Part shown: one piece after another, positions 39,301-51,525 of the stretch | Layout: each line of letters opens with the position of its first letter | Position numbering within the stretch: the first letter of the stretch is position 1 | Source of the DNA: Klebsormidium nitens | Taxonomy: Eukaryota; Plantae; Klebsormidiophyceae | Assembly (NCBI GenBank): GCA_000708835.1 | Contig: DF237190.1 | Coordinates: 1 to 64,000 of the forward strand | Direction of reading: 5' to 3' | DNA: 64,000 nucleotides | The notes under the pieces: generated by a model | Databases searched by the model: none | Told to the model about the DNA's origin: nothing | The model's input: the letters and a program-made list of their open reading frames with translations, nothing else | Program-made: the position numbers and the translations under genes

Positions 39301-40960
39301 GAAACAGATAAGCTCCCACGTCCCGGCCTCATCTTCTCGTTCTCCCTATTCATTTAGACCGCCGTCGAGCGAGTTAAGGCTTGGGACAAGTTTTCCAAAA
39401 GAGGTTGACTTGAGCCAGGCTGAATAAATTATGACAAACAAGAGAACGCAACACTATTAAATGACAAACAAGAGAACGCAACACTATTAACACCCTGCTT
39501 ACAAATCTACGGGCTCCGCAACCAACCCTACCCTAACCCCCAACTAACCGCACCTGTACCTCAGACACTGATCTCTTTCAACCTGGCTGCATATTAGTGA
39601 ACTTCAAATACTTGTGAGGATCTAGTATCCATGAGGAAGCACCCGGTGTAATGGCCTAACCAGAAATCCTAATCAAAATGATGGAGCTCTCTGCACCCAA
39701 TCCTACACTGATCACCAGGCCAACCCCACCCGTACCCCGGGCGTGGCCTTATGGGTATTAGATCCTGAGCGGTATCTTCATCGGAAATTGTTGAAACTAA
39801 GTCTAGGCCGTACCTGCATCTTGGTCATGTCCATGACGAGCCATCGCATCTTGGGCCGCGCACGCACGTTCTTCTTGAGCATCTCCACAATGCACACCTT
39901 CGAGAAATCGATGTTGGTGACGCGCGTGCAACCCTGGTCGTAAACTAGAGCCGAGAGCTCCGAGTTGCCACACCCGGCCACCAGAATGTCGAGCCCGGGG
40001 GAGCATGCTGACATCACCAGGTCGCGCAGCTCGGCCCACTCCCCATACCATTCGAAGGCCTTCTTGTCCAACTGGAACAGGGGCACAGATATTGGTTGGA
40101 ATCATTTTAGAGAACCAAGTTAAAGGGTATGTTAGTTGAGGGATTGGTACGAATATTTTTAGGTAGGAAGAGGCTTGGAGGAGCTTTGTTAGGGAGGAGG
40201 TTTCTTCTGAAGCAGGTCTGTATAGGAAGACTTCAGCAAGGGGAATTGAGTTTTCCGTGAGCAATTCTGGGAGTCAGTTTATTCTCTCAGTCGTGCTTTT
40301 GAGGGCTTCTTGCCCAAGCTGTGGGGTTGGAAAGCCAGAACAACGGGAGGTTTTTCATGGAATCTGCCAGACATGCAGCCATTCCTATCCTCACCCCATG
40401 GTTGCGCAATGGCCGAAACTTTTCAAAGATACACTACCTCCTACATGGACCAGAGGCAGCTCACCTCCCCTGATTCCAAATCTTGAAAACTATGAAGTAC
40501 TGCCTCCTTACTTGCATCTCAGGAAAGATAAAACAGCGACTGTTTCAAAGACAGTGGTGATATATGTGTGGGGTCAAAACCAAGCTGGCTTCTGTCTTTG
40601 GCCTGACACAGAGTACTAAGGCAATGAATGATGAAGTGCAGCATACAGACTGACTGAGCGACTGAACCAGGCACTGACTTAAATGAGTGGCTAAGCTGTC
40701 CATGCAATTTGCTGCCCTGAATGATTAACCCTCCTTCACACTTGCAGTACCAACTTGTCCACTGTGAGTGACACCAATGTCCTTAGAACAGATGATAGGC
40801 TGCCACGTTGGCCTAACAAATGCTTTATTTCCTGACCTTTAACGGTTGGAGACTCAGTGAGACGCTGGAAGAGTAGTCTCCTTAGACATACCTTGCGGAA
40901 GAAACTATCCCAATATTCTCTAGAGCGAAACTCCTCGAGTTTTGTAGGTAGAGGGTCCAT
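33329..40960 (-). CDS. METTL13: METTL13/eEF1A-KNMT dual methyltransferase, 10 exons, about 818 aa
   Basis: Exons 40892-40960, 39814-40071, 38863-39040, 37522-38354, 36603-36926, 36271-36348, 35564-35638, 34761-35044, 34086-34236, 33329-33535 (2457 nt). Motifs EYWDSFF..FEWYGEW, LVAGCGNS, FDVIIDKGGLDAL, VPQGREHEWLF, VLVIGLGGG, VVELDP, LFIDVD. Confidence 0.95.
39431..39490. repeat. Perfect 30-bp tandem duplication in a METTL13 intron
   Basis: atgacaaacaagagaacgcaacactattaa occurs twice. Confidence 0.95.
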
Positions 40961-42564
40961 CTGACCTCCTTTAATTGTGCGCTGCAACACGTAAGAATCA
41001 GGATGAGACTCCAGAGAAACCCTTTTGATTGTTGATGCTTTGTCCTTATTCTGGGGTTGCTTAACACGGCAGTGCTAGCCCCAAATGTCATGATCAACAA
41101 TGGTGACCAGAGAAAAGTCCCCAAGTATCAAAACTTTGAGCGTTTGCATACCTTCGGTGAAGAGTTTGACTGTCTCTGTGAATGACCCAGATTTACAGTT
41201 CTGAATGGTGGTACAGGAAGCATATAGGCCACAGCGAAATTGTGAATGACCATAATCAATCTGTTCTGCAGAGCGCATTTACAATGATCAGTCCACAACT
41301 TCAAGAATGCAGGAAGACCTGACAGCCCCAGCAATGCAGCGAAAGGTGCAGTGAGCAGCATCCAATCTTGAATGACTCATGATCACTTGAGAAGTTGTTT
41401 CTGTGCTTTAATCACACACCACCACTTAGATCAGTCCTCCTTGACTCATCTTTCTCAGCTACATTGAGCAATGAGCACCCATACTGTTCCAGGGAGAAGA
41501 AAGGAGCTCACCATAAACTCCTGTGTGCGCTGAATGCAAATTTTGTCAAACTTCCCACCAATCTGCTGCGCGGATGGTCTATCCTGGAGACCACTCTCCT
41601 GCTGTCCTGTCGCTCCTAAGGCTTTGGCATTCCTGTTGCAGAACGTAAGGAATGGAGCTTCCGAGACCTCTGCCACTGGAGCATCCAATCCCATTGCCAG
41701 CACCCTGGAAATCCCCCACGATCGACACGAACGAATGAGAAAATGAAAGATCATGACACCGACGTCAGATGTGCTTATTTTAGTAGGTGGAAGGGAGTCA
41801 GACATGCACCCGGGGGACGAGTGGCTTAGCTTGGTGGTTAGGGTAACTGTCCGTGAGTGGAGCGAGTATGAACCTTGGGTTTGGCAGTTGGGTTTGTAGC
41901 TTGGGGATGCGTTCTACGAATCTTTCTGGGGTACGCAGCGGCCAACTTGCACAGGACTCCTGGCCCCGGGCCCGGGGTCTGGAAAAGCAGTCAATTTTAA
42001 CCTACCTAACAGGTAGTTATGTTTCATTGTACTGACTTATACCGGTAAATCGCCCGATATAGTATTGCTAATATACCACATATATGCGTGGACAACGATA
42101 AGCGCCTACCTTATCCTGCCTATATCAGGCCGTGGTATCGTACCTGAGCTTCCATAATAGATAGCTTCTCGAGGGAAAATGGTAGGTACCGGGTGCACGA
42201 AATAGCATACCTACTATTCTAGGCGAGCCGAATATGTTCCACGATACGTGGTATACGGCAGTCTCTCATTATTTGCATCAATGCATTTTTCTTGATAGGT
42301 GAGAATTTGACACTTGAGTCGGGCATCCAGTCTCGCCAGCTAGGAGTAGGAGTCGGACTGGTGGCGAGGGTGGATGCAGTGGGGTGCCGCGCCGCTTCCT
42401 CCTGTTCTGATTAAACTTTCAAGGAGCCTGAATTTTTTTTGAAGAGACGCAGGAGGAGGTCGGGCGATCTTGTGTCTAGGTAGGTAGTTGTAAACAAGAA
42501 GCCGGAGAGCGGAGAGCGTAGGACAATTGGTTTATTGCTGTTGCTCTCGCAATCGCGTCTTCTG

Positions 42565-45500
42565 ATGGAAGGGAATGACAGAAGCGACGGCAACTCTGCA
42601 ACAAGTGGTTTGAACACAACATTTCCAAAGAGTGGCCTTGCAGACCCATCTGCGGTGGCTCGGGGTTCGGAGCTCCTCTCGCTGTTGTTGAAGAAACCCC
42701 AGGCGCAAGGCGTGTCAGAAAGGTCAAAAACCCCTCCCGTGCAGCCTACAATAAGCAAAGAGGAGACTGCAAGACCACTCACGCCACCAGCGAGGCTGCC
42801 TAAGCATACGCTCAGCGATTCCGCCTTGCCGGCAAGATTAGGAGCCGCATCTAATCGGAACAGGAAGGTGGAGCACAACGGGAACAGGCGTGTTCAGAGA
42901 TTGCCGCCGAAAGGTGTGAATGGACGAAGAGGGGAGAACGAGGATGGAGAGAGGGAGGGCGAGGATGCAAGAACAGTAGAGCAACAGGAGAGGAGGATAA
43001 ATGAGTTGGGATCGGAAGTGAAGGAAGGGACCGCACTAGAGAGCCAACAGGTATTGTCGTTATAGTTTTGTTCATCTTTTATCTCGAGTTTTCTCAGCTT
43101 GTTCAACAGTATGATTGAGGATGGTGTGTGAGATTGATGCTTGATTGAGAAAAGCCAGGTATCTTCTCGTATTGACCACCAATGTCCTCGGGACTTTTCA
43201 TCACGCGGTCCTTGTGCAGTGACACAAGAAATGTTAGTTGTAATCCTTGAGTTGCGAAACTTGCAGGTGTTTTTCGTGTTTTTCAACCCTTGGTCATGAG
43301 GGATTCGCAGAGTCTTGTAAATATTCTTTAGGGTTTCTAAAGTTGGGCCGAGAGGGAATTGTCAGTTTGTCCAGGAGTATGCTACAACAGCCTTCAAGAG
43401 CCCTCTGACATTTCTAATGTCACCTGGTTTGTTCCGATACTCCAGCAACTATCAAGCATAAAAGGGTCGAATCCTGTGTGTCTGGAGTTTCCGTCAACAA
43501 TTAAATGCTCAAATGATGGTGTACGAAGGGTCCCTTCGCGATTCCCTGTTTCTTTGCTGCTATTGCAAGTTCAGGTTGTCATATCTTGGAACACCATTTT
43601 GCAACGTGCCCTTGGCATTTGAGAATTAAGTCTGCAATCAGACAAATCGCAGAGCCTCGAGACTTCATTGCTACCGAAACTCTTCAAGACGTACCTCGTA
43701 CTTCGAATCCTCATCCGAAAGCGTCCCAACATGTTCCCAGCCCTGTGCTCGGTATGTGCACCAGACTCCGGGAGGTCACTCGTCGTGTTTCAAAGAATGC
43801 GAAAGCGGGTATATAAGAACTTAGATGCGATCCGAATTCTCTAGAATCTAGGGTTTCAGGGCTTTGAGTGAAAGCACAGGTGTTCCACTTCCTTGCTGAT
43901 ATCGTCGTGACGTCATTTTTTCCATCTGCAGGGCCCCGTCGCCCGCTGGCGTATCCAGCGTAGCGCCACCCCGGTCGATGACCGCACCCTGCAAAATAAA
44001 CCAAAGGGGCCTGACGGCACCAAGGGCTTTGCGGTGGGTCGCGGCAGACCCCTGAACACCCCCATCGCAGAGCCTCTCAGATCGATCCTGGGGGAGCCCT
44101 CCTCTTCGGCTGGGACCCCGGTTGGGAGCCGACCGACAAGCGCTGATGTCAGCAGACCTGCGAGCGCTGATGCCAGCCAAAAGCACCGCAGAGGAAATGG
44201 TCAGAGTGCTGAGGAACACCAGCAGAGGGATCTGGCGCTCCAGCTGAAGATCGCGCAGATGCTTGTCGGGCGGGAGATGGAAAGCGGGGGATCAAGTAGA
44301 GGGGGGGAGAGGAAGCGGCCGAGCGGCGACGAGGAGGCGCCGTTCGCGCCGCCGCCGTCGCGCCAAGGCAGCCGGAGGGTTGAGGGATCCCCCTCGCATG
44401 GGGAGAGAGCGGAAGTCACTCTTTCTAGTGTGGATGAGAGTGGCCCTATTAGCAACCCTTCGGTTAACGTGGCCAAGCCCGGGGTTAGTGACAGACCCTT
44501 GGTTAGGAAGGAGGAACCAAAGCCCAGCGCGGATCTGCAGAAGCTGACGCAGTTGCTTGAGGGGGCGTTTGGCGGCCGGGGGATCCCTCCGGGGAGCGAG
44601 CTCGTGGCACGGGCGGCTGACGAGTGGCTCGAGACAGACTTGGCCTCCGCTCGGGACAAAGTCTCGGCCGCCCTAGAAAAGAGCATCGGAGCCCCTGGGT
44701 ATGGCGATCTGGTTGACCTAGAAAAGCACCTCAAAGCGACGCTCACGGAGCTGCGGCGCTTCCGTGCGGCCGTCGAGGAGGGGGCAGTTTCCAGTGACAG
44801 ACCAACCCCCTCCGAGGAACGTGCGCGGGAGGGAAAGTTAGAGATCGAGGTGAAACGGCTGAAGTACGAACTAGGGGCGGCGGCGGCGGAGGTTGGGCGG
44901 TTGGAGGCTGAGCTCGCTTTCGAGCGCACCGGGGGGGGTGTGAAAACAGGGCCGGCGGAAGGGGGCGCGGAGAGAGAACTAGAGCGGGTGAGGCTGGAGC
45001 TGCGGGCGTGGCAGGGTGAGGTGGAAAAGCTGAAGGGGGCTCTGGAGAGGAGCGAGGAGCAACGGCAGGCCAAGGGGGCGGCGGCAAGCCAAAAGTTGCA
45101 GGCAAAGGAGGTGAGTGCGTGGATTCTGTTGCCATGGATTGTCATGGATCGTGAGGTAAAGAGTCCGTCATATGAATGTTGCATTTTTATGGGCTAAGCT
45201 GGGCAAGCCATGCGTTGTCAATCCTACACCAAATTGACCCCCCAATCATGTAGTCCACGTGCTGGGTGTTTGTCCTGACTAGATACGAAGGACGTTTCAA
45301 CCCAGGTTGCTCTTTCCCTGTGGTCGCAAAAGATGGATTGTTCAAGTTCTCCAAATGCTGCTCTCGCCCTTGGTTTAGTTGGATTTGGTCTTCGGATTGA
45401 TTAGACGCATCAACTCTATTGCAAAGAAGTCACCACCACAAGATCCGGAGACAACCACACTTTGAGAGTAATGTAATCTCACGTTTTGGTGTTTTAAGCT

Positions 45501-46987
45501 TTGAAATGTTGATTCTGGCCCCGTATCGCTCTGGCAGTCAATCGTGGACATGTGAGGCCTCTCGTCATGTTAAGCCTCTGTTCCCTCAAATCGATCAGTG
45601 CGAACACAATAGACCGTTTGATCTCTGCAGGCCGAGTTCGTTCAGCTCCAACAAGAACTGGGGACGCTGCGCGCCACCGCGCAGAACACAGAGGATGCCC
45701 TGAAGCGCTCGCTCGAAGGAAACCGGCTCACGTTCGCTGCGGAGCTCGACCGGCTGCGTGAGCAGATCACTTCGGACGCCGACGAGATCGGACGGCTGCG
45801 GGCGAAGAACGCGGCCGAGCTCGAGGAAGTCGGACGGCTGAGATCGCAGGTGGCGTCCGCAGACGTGTTCTTCGGACTACCGTCCAAATCGGACCGCACG
45901 GGAGGCAGGGACGCTCAGCTGGGGGGCACCACTCAGCAGCGGCAAGAGGGGGGGGTCCCTGACGTTCTCAGCCAGATCTTCTCCAAGGGGCCGTCGGTTG
46001 CCTCGTCAGGAATGACGTGGCAGCAGCAGGACTTGGCACGTCAGCACGAGGCTCCGTCTTTCCAGCCCAGTGCCCCCCTGCGCCAGCCGGAAGTGCCCGC
46101 CAGCACGCAGCTCACGTGGCAGCAGCAGGAGATGACACGTCAGCAGGAGCAGTCGTGGGCTCCACTACCGATGCCGATGGGGGGGCATTTTGTGGGCCCG
46201 CAGAGACCCCCCGTCCTGCACGAAACCGACCTGGCATTTGCGCACCAGCAGAGGCAGCTCACGCACCAGCGTCACTTCCAGGGGGGGCAATTTTCGGGCC
46301 ATCCTAACCTCCCTTCCGCGCCCCAATTCCCGAGATTCCCGGCGCCGAATCCTGCAGCTTTTTGGGATAACCCGTCTGGCGCAGGTGAGGCGTCATTCAG
46401 AAAAGGCTCCATTTGATTGTTGATGCCTTTTATTGGGAGGTCGTTAGGAGCTTCGCCTAGGCAGGAAGCCGACTCCGACATGATGTCCCAAAGCTTTCGA
46501 GATTGGATTCTTAGACAGTCTCGATGTCTCAAAGACTTTGCTACCGGTTTGTGCGATACAAACAGGTTGGCAAGGCGAAGTTTGCGACTTCCTTGTCGGC
46601 TGAAGAGCCCTAGCAATTATTGCCTGCATTGACATCTCCCCAGTCTTAGATCTGCAAAGCAAAGTTGCAAGCTCAATTTTTCGAGGCAGACACCACGTCC
46701 AAACATTTGAGCCGGAAACATAGGTCGTTGTGGCCGGTGAAAATGGTGTTCTCTCAGGTTTCTCGCCTGATTGGTCGGACGGTCTCGCTCTGTCAGAAAG
46801 CATATACATCGCGTTTTGCTTTGAGGCCTCTTCCCCGTACTCACGAACAGTGTCGAACATACCTCCTGAAGAAGAGTCGCTTCTATCACGTCTCCCCTGA
46901 CTTCTTCGTACGCTGCCGCTGCAGGGGGGCCTTCTCGTCCCTATTCACACCTTGGACCGCAGCCCCACCCAGGGCAGCAGAGAATAG
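42565..46987 (+). CDS. Low-complexity/coiled-coil protein of unknown function with an internal SUZ-C-like motif (about 4 exons; last exon tentative)
   Basis: Exons 42565-43050, 43932-45110, 45631-46384, 46925-46987 are phase-consistent. KPKGPDGTKGFAVGRGRP at 43998-44051, long heptad-rich E/R/L/A stretch, Q-rich repeats MTWQQQDLARQ/LTWQQQEMTRQ. Confidence 0.7.
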
Positions 46988-48292
46988 GCCCTTTTCCACA
47001 GGGAGGTTGGCAGCAGCCCGGGAACCGGGGGCCTGTCGGACCATCGCTAGCTAGGACCGCCAGCGCAGTAGAACAGGAGCTGCTAGGTAGAACTAGGTCG
47101 GGGCCGAGCGCCGCGTTCACGAACGAGATGCCGATCCCTGTGTCCGTTTTGCTTGCTGCGGGGAGAAACGCGGCCAAACAGCCGCACGGAATGCTGACCC
47201 AGCCGGCGACCTCGGAGGAGTTGGGCCTGATAGAGGACGATGAGGTAATCTTCAGGGGAAGGTAGAAGTCAAGTGGGCGGACTTTCTTCGGCGCTGGTAT
47301 GCTCAGACGTCGTGCCTTGAGGGAGAGTTGTTTTTGAAAGCCGTTATTGAAACGGAGGGGATGGTCAGAGCGTGTTCGTTAAGTGCTTTGGGAATTACGA
47401 GCTTTTGGCACTCTATAGAAACGTACACGATGAGGGCGCTTGCCAGCGCCGATGCATCGTCGAAGTATGTGAAGGGATCTTTGAACGGTATACCGGGTGC
47501 GGCTGTCTTTGGTGACCATGCATTCTATTCGTGCACAACCCGCATAATCTGCTTGCACCGGTTTTTAGGCGCCGTGCAAGACAGTTTGAGAAAGTTGCAC
47601 ATGCGGGCCTCTTGTCAGGCAAAGCATTCTATGATCGTCACAGTAAGCACCAGACAGCTTGAAATTGCGCACTAGCCAGATGTAAGCTGTCGAGTACAGG
47701 CTCCTAAGTCGGATACGTGCACTTAGGATCATTCGAGGTGTAATTAAATACGATTGACATTGCATGGCACATGCGCTGTTTTGCAAAAACTAGCCATGCT
47801 ACTGAGCCCGCCCACTAGGCCTCCTGTCACTGCGTGCGGACTATGATATCAACGGGGCGCCAACGTGCCAGCTGGTATACATGGGTTACAGGCACCACGC
47901 GAATGGATCGATGAATCCGACGGCGCGGCGCAAATACGTGCTGTACGGCGATCATTTGTTGATTGAAAATGCCTGATTGACGGTCATCACATGACAGGAG
48001 TCACTTGGTTCGACATTTCTATAACCGCACACGCGTGCCGTTAGATCATGCATGACGTACTAACACCACGTACGATCTATTTGACATGAGGGCGCGACGG
48101 CCATCCTCGCGTAGCTTGTCGATCGGACTCACGCGGTGCAGCGCATGTAAGGCGGCAAGCTGTACGGCACATGACTGACTGATTCGATCAGAGCCTGCAA
48201 GTTACACTACAAGCCTGCATGCAGGCGGGCTAGTGTGGCACATACCTCAGACGAAGTAAGCCCGCGAGGCGTTCAAACAGTTTTTTGATCAA

Positions 48293-48488
48293 AGTTAGGG
48301 GAAGACAATCTAGACCGTTGATATTTCGAGCCTACAGATCTACGCTTCTCCTCGATGGTCTCAAGCTTGAACTTTAGGCACCCGAGGAAGAGGGCAATCA
48401 TGATATTGAACTCTACTCGGAGAGTCATTCGTAGTTTCCTTCGGAGGAGCTTTTCGAGGCGCTAGGGCGCCAGAAAAAATTTCCGTTC
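48293..48488 (+). repeat. Split direct repeat A1 (196 bp, identical to A2)
   Basis: agttaggggaagacaatctagacc...cagaaaaaatttccgttc matches 55573-55768 base for base as read. Confidence 0.95.
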
Positions 48489-48519
48489 GATTTTGGGCAG
48501 CATTGTGCTGTTAAGGTGA

Positions 48520-49344
48520 ATGACCTCACTGGAGTGGGTCGAAGCGGGAGCGGGGCACCGGGCCCCTGCGCAGGCACTCCAGGATCCCCCATTCAATGCT
48601 CTCGTGCTAGGATTTGAAGGCCAAGATTTTTCTGCACTCGAGCATGGGCAAGAGTTTAGCACCTGGCCTCCAAAGCACATTTTCCTAGACTTAGCCAAGA
48701 AAAGGCTGAGTAGGCAATTTCTCGAATCCATTGGACCGTCCTTGATAGCTGCAATCAATCTCTTCGACGCATGCACAGACGTGGGGTTCACAGACTACTT
48801 GTTCCTGGAAGGACTCAAACGGTTCCTGAAGAGCATTGACCTGCTGAAGCAAGAGGACGACAGAATCCTGTCTGACAAGCTCAAATGGAGGCTGGAGGCA
48901 ATGCAGCAAGCTTCCCTGGTCAAGCTCATGGAGGAGAAGTATGCCAGACTGGAACAAGCTGACGAGAGAAGGAGACAAGCCAACAGAAGAGCCAAGCGGG
49001 AGATTGCAGAAGCAAGAGGAGAAACCATCCTGGGAGTTGTAGAACTCCCTGACTTTGTCAGACTGCCACCAGGAGCAGTGATCCTGTCACCATACGAGAA
49101 GAGCTTAATCAAGTCCCTGCAAGACGCGCCCCCTGAGCTGCCTCTGAACTACCCTGCTCTAACCGAGGAATCTCGGTTTAGCGAACTGCAACTCAAAAGC
49201 CTTGGGCTTTCTGAGCTCTCACCGGCAGCAGTAGCTGTGCTGTTTGAATACCCAGAAGGCTTCAGGAACGAGTCGGATAGCTCGGAAGAGTCAGATACGC
49301 CTCCGTTTGGAACCCCTCCGCAGTCTCTCAGGCCTAGTGCGTGA
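48520..49344 (+). CDS. Retroelement ORF1, unknown function (helical/coiled-coil, 274 aa)
   Basis: Long ORF just after A1. Its TGA overlaps the ATG of the next ORF (TGATG, 49342-49346). Confidence 0.65.
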   Translation: MTSLEWVEAGAGHRAPAQALQDPPFNALVLGFEGQDFSALEHGQEFSTWPPKHIFLDLAKKRLSRQFLESIGPSLIAAINLFDACTDVGFTDYLFLEGLKRFLKSIDLLKQEDDRILSDKLKWRLEAMQQASLVKLMEEKYARLEQADERRRQANRRAKREIAEARGETILGVVELPDFVRLPPGAVILSPYEKSLIKSLQDAPPELPLNYPALTEESRFSELQLKSLGLSELSPAAVAVLFEYPEGFRNESDSSEESDTPPFGTPPQSLRPSA

Positions 49345-51075
49345 TGGAGCATCTCAATGCAGAACGTCTGGAAAGGAGGCAGGTGGAGAATCTTAGTAAA
49401 CTAGTTGGGCTGGAAAAGTTCGAAGGTCTAAGGTTCAAGTTCCGACCAGAGGGTCAATTGGGCAGAATTTTTGTGAAGGTGGTAGGAAGGTCGGGAGACA
49501 ACCTGAACCTGAAAGCGGTCGAGTCAGGAGCGGAGTACAAGGATGTTCCGCCGTCGCAGCTGTCTATCGGAATCGGAACAAGGAGAGAGGGAGATCCGCT
49601 CCTCGTAATGCTGAAGGAGAACGGAATGGAGTCGGATCAATACGTGCAGAGACAGTCTCTCGGAACGGAAGGGCGGAGAGCGGAATTCGGAACGCCGATG
49701 GAAGGAGGGGCGGAGTTTCCTTCGGGGGGGATTTAACCAGGCAAGAGGATTCTCAGCCCCGGTCACGGCAGGGCAGGGAGATTTCGGATTCCGCAGAGGT
49801 CCGGTTCCGCAAGCGGAGGTTAGAAGGCCGGTTCCGTTAAACCCAGGGTTCTCGCACCAGTTTGGATTCAGGCAGCACGGACCCGGATTCTTCCAAGCCA
49901 GACAACAACACCCACCCAGAAGAAGTGCCAGCTTTTCAGCCGTTCTTTCCTCCAGCCGCGGGACGTGGTAACCTGGGACCTCCCCCTGGATTCAGGCCGC
50001 GGGAGCAACCTCCGTCTAGAAACCAATCAGCCCAGCGGAGTTTTCACACCCCACCTGAGCAGTACTCGGCAGCCTCCCCCGGAGTCAACAGGAACCTCCT
50101 GACGGAAACCGGAAGGCATTCTGCAACGGCGTCGTCGCGGCCGGCAGCCGCCGCTCAACCCAAAGAGAAGAAGGAAGATAAGTCGGGCGACCCTGGCGAA
50201 GAACTCAGGGCGCGGCTGAAGAATATAGAAAAGCAGCTGAACGCAAACAAGGCGAAGACGGCAATAGAGTCGGAAATGAAAAAGCTGGCGTCAGCAATCA
50301 ACCCGGTTACGGACAGGGGGCTTCTCCTGCAACACGAGATGTATGCGGCCATTTACGCAGCGGAGAAGAATCAAAAGGGGGGGCTCGCGCTGGCAGGAGA
50401 CTTCGGAGTCTTTCTCCGCAATCGCTGCAGAAGGCTGTCTTACATGGCGGAGGATGTCTGCACGTACGCGCAGCAAAAGGTGGCGGAGCTCGGAGAAGAT
50501 GCGACGGACGCCGAAATAGCGGAGGTGGACAAGAAGATTCTCCGCTTCTATCAAGACAAAAGGGTCAAAGCGGAAGAGGTGCTCGGCAAGCACCCTGAAT
50601 GGCTGCGAGATAACAGGTAATTCTTTAAACCAAGATTCCGGACGAATGGAATCTTCTGAATGACCAGAGCTTAGCTCTTCTGAAAGATATGGCCGCAGGC
50701 CATCCCCTTGCTCCTGCGAGCTGGAGCTACGCTCCACAAACTGTCAGGCAGGGCGCGAAGCAAGCCCATGCCACTTTTGATGCCATATTCGGCGGGAGTT
50801 TCTTCCATCTCCCCAAATTGGTCAGTAACTTGACCGCAAGATTCTTAGCGTGAAACACGCTGTACTGATCGCCTTGCAGGCCGTTCTTGGATTCAGCGGT
50901 TGAGAGTGATTGAATTCTTCGCTGATGCATATCGGTTAATCCTTCCAGGCAGAGAGGGGGAGGAGCCGGCCGGGGCAGAGGTGATGGAGACCGAAGATCC
51001 GGTGGTGGGAACCAAGGAAGACCTGGATCTCCGGGGAGGAACAATTCGCCAGGGCGCAAGCGCGGCAGGGAGTGA
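49344..51075 (+). CDS. Gag-like region in pieces (49344-49736, 49862-50620, probable spliced RGG-rich tail 50949-51075)
   Basis: Position upstream of pol and Pro/Gly-rich then helical composition. A candidate phase-2 intron 50617-50948 (gtaatt...ccttccag) joins on RQRGGGAGRGRGDGDRRSGGG...RKRGRE*. Frame breaks between 49736 and 49862 are unresolved. Confidence 0.5.
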
Positions 51076-51525
51076 GTAGAAAGCCAGTCTCCCTGAAAGT
51101 TAGGCAGATTAGTGATACTGCCAAAGTGTATATAGATTTTTGGTGAAAGTCTCTAGTTTAGAATGCCAGAAGGAACTTCGTCTGGTCAGGCCTCCTCTTC
51201 GGAGAGGCAAAGCTTCAGAACCGGTTAAGGTTAGGGTTAAGGTAACCGGAACTGAGAAAGGAGGTTCTGTATTTAGTGTAACATTGGTGACTGTCGGAAT
51301 TAATGAGTGAAGAATTTCAACAAGAGATTACTTCCTCGTCGTGATTCTTCCTCATTCCAAACAGATTCATTCAGATGACGCAACGTGCAATCTCAGCGCA
51401 AAATATGACAAACGCTAACGGCCGAATCTTTGCGTGGTTATGATCTGAACGAGTTTGCACGGTTGCATCTTCACATGCCTATAGCCAGAATGGTTATTTA
51501 ACTGGATTGCCACAATTATAATAGT

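Noticed and set aside
44201-45184. 327-aa minus-strand ORF
   Set aside because: Antisense shadow of the GC-rich coiled-coil exon; Ser/Ala-biased and has no motif.
50727-51059. 110-aa minus-strand ORF inside the retroelement
   Set aside because: It overlaps the proposed gag intron and tail, has no motif, and is better explained as a shadow ORF.
51221-51250. ccggttaaggttagggttaaggtaaccgg telomere-like mini-hairpin
   Set aside because: Only a 7-bp stem, inside a putative intron; could be chance.
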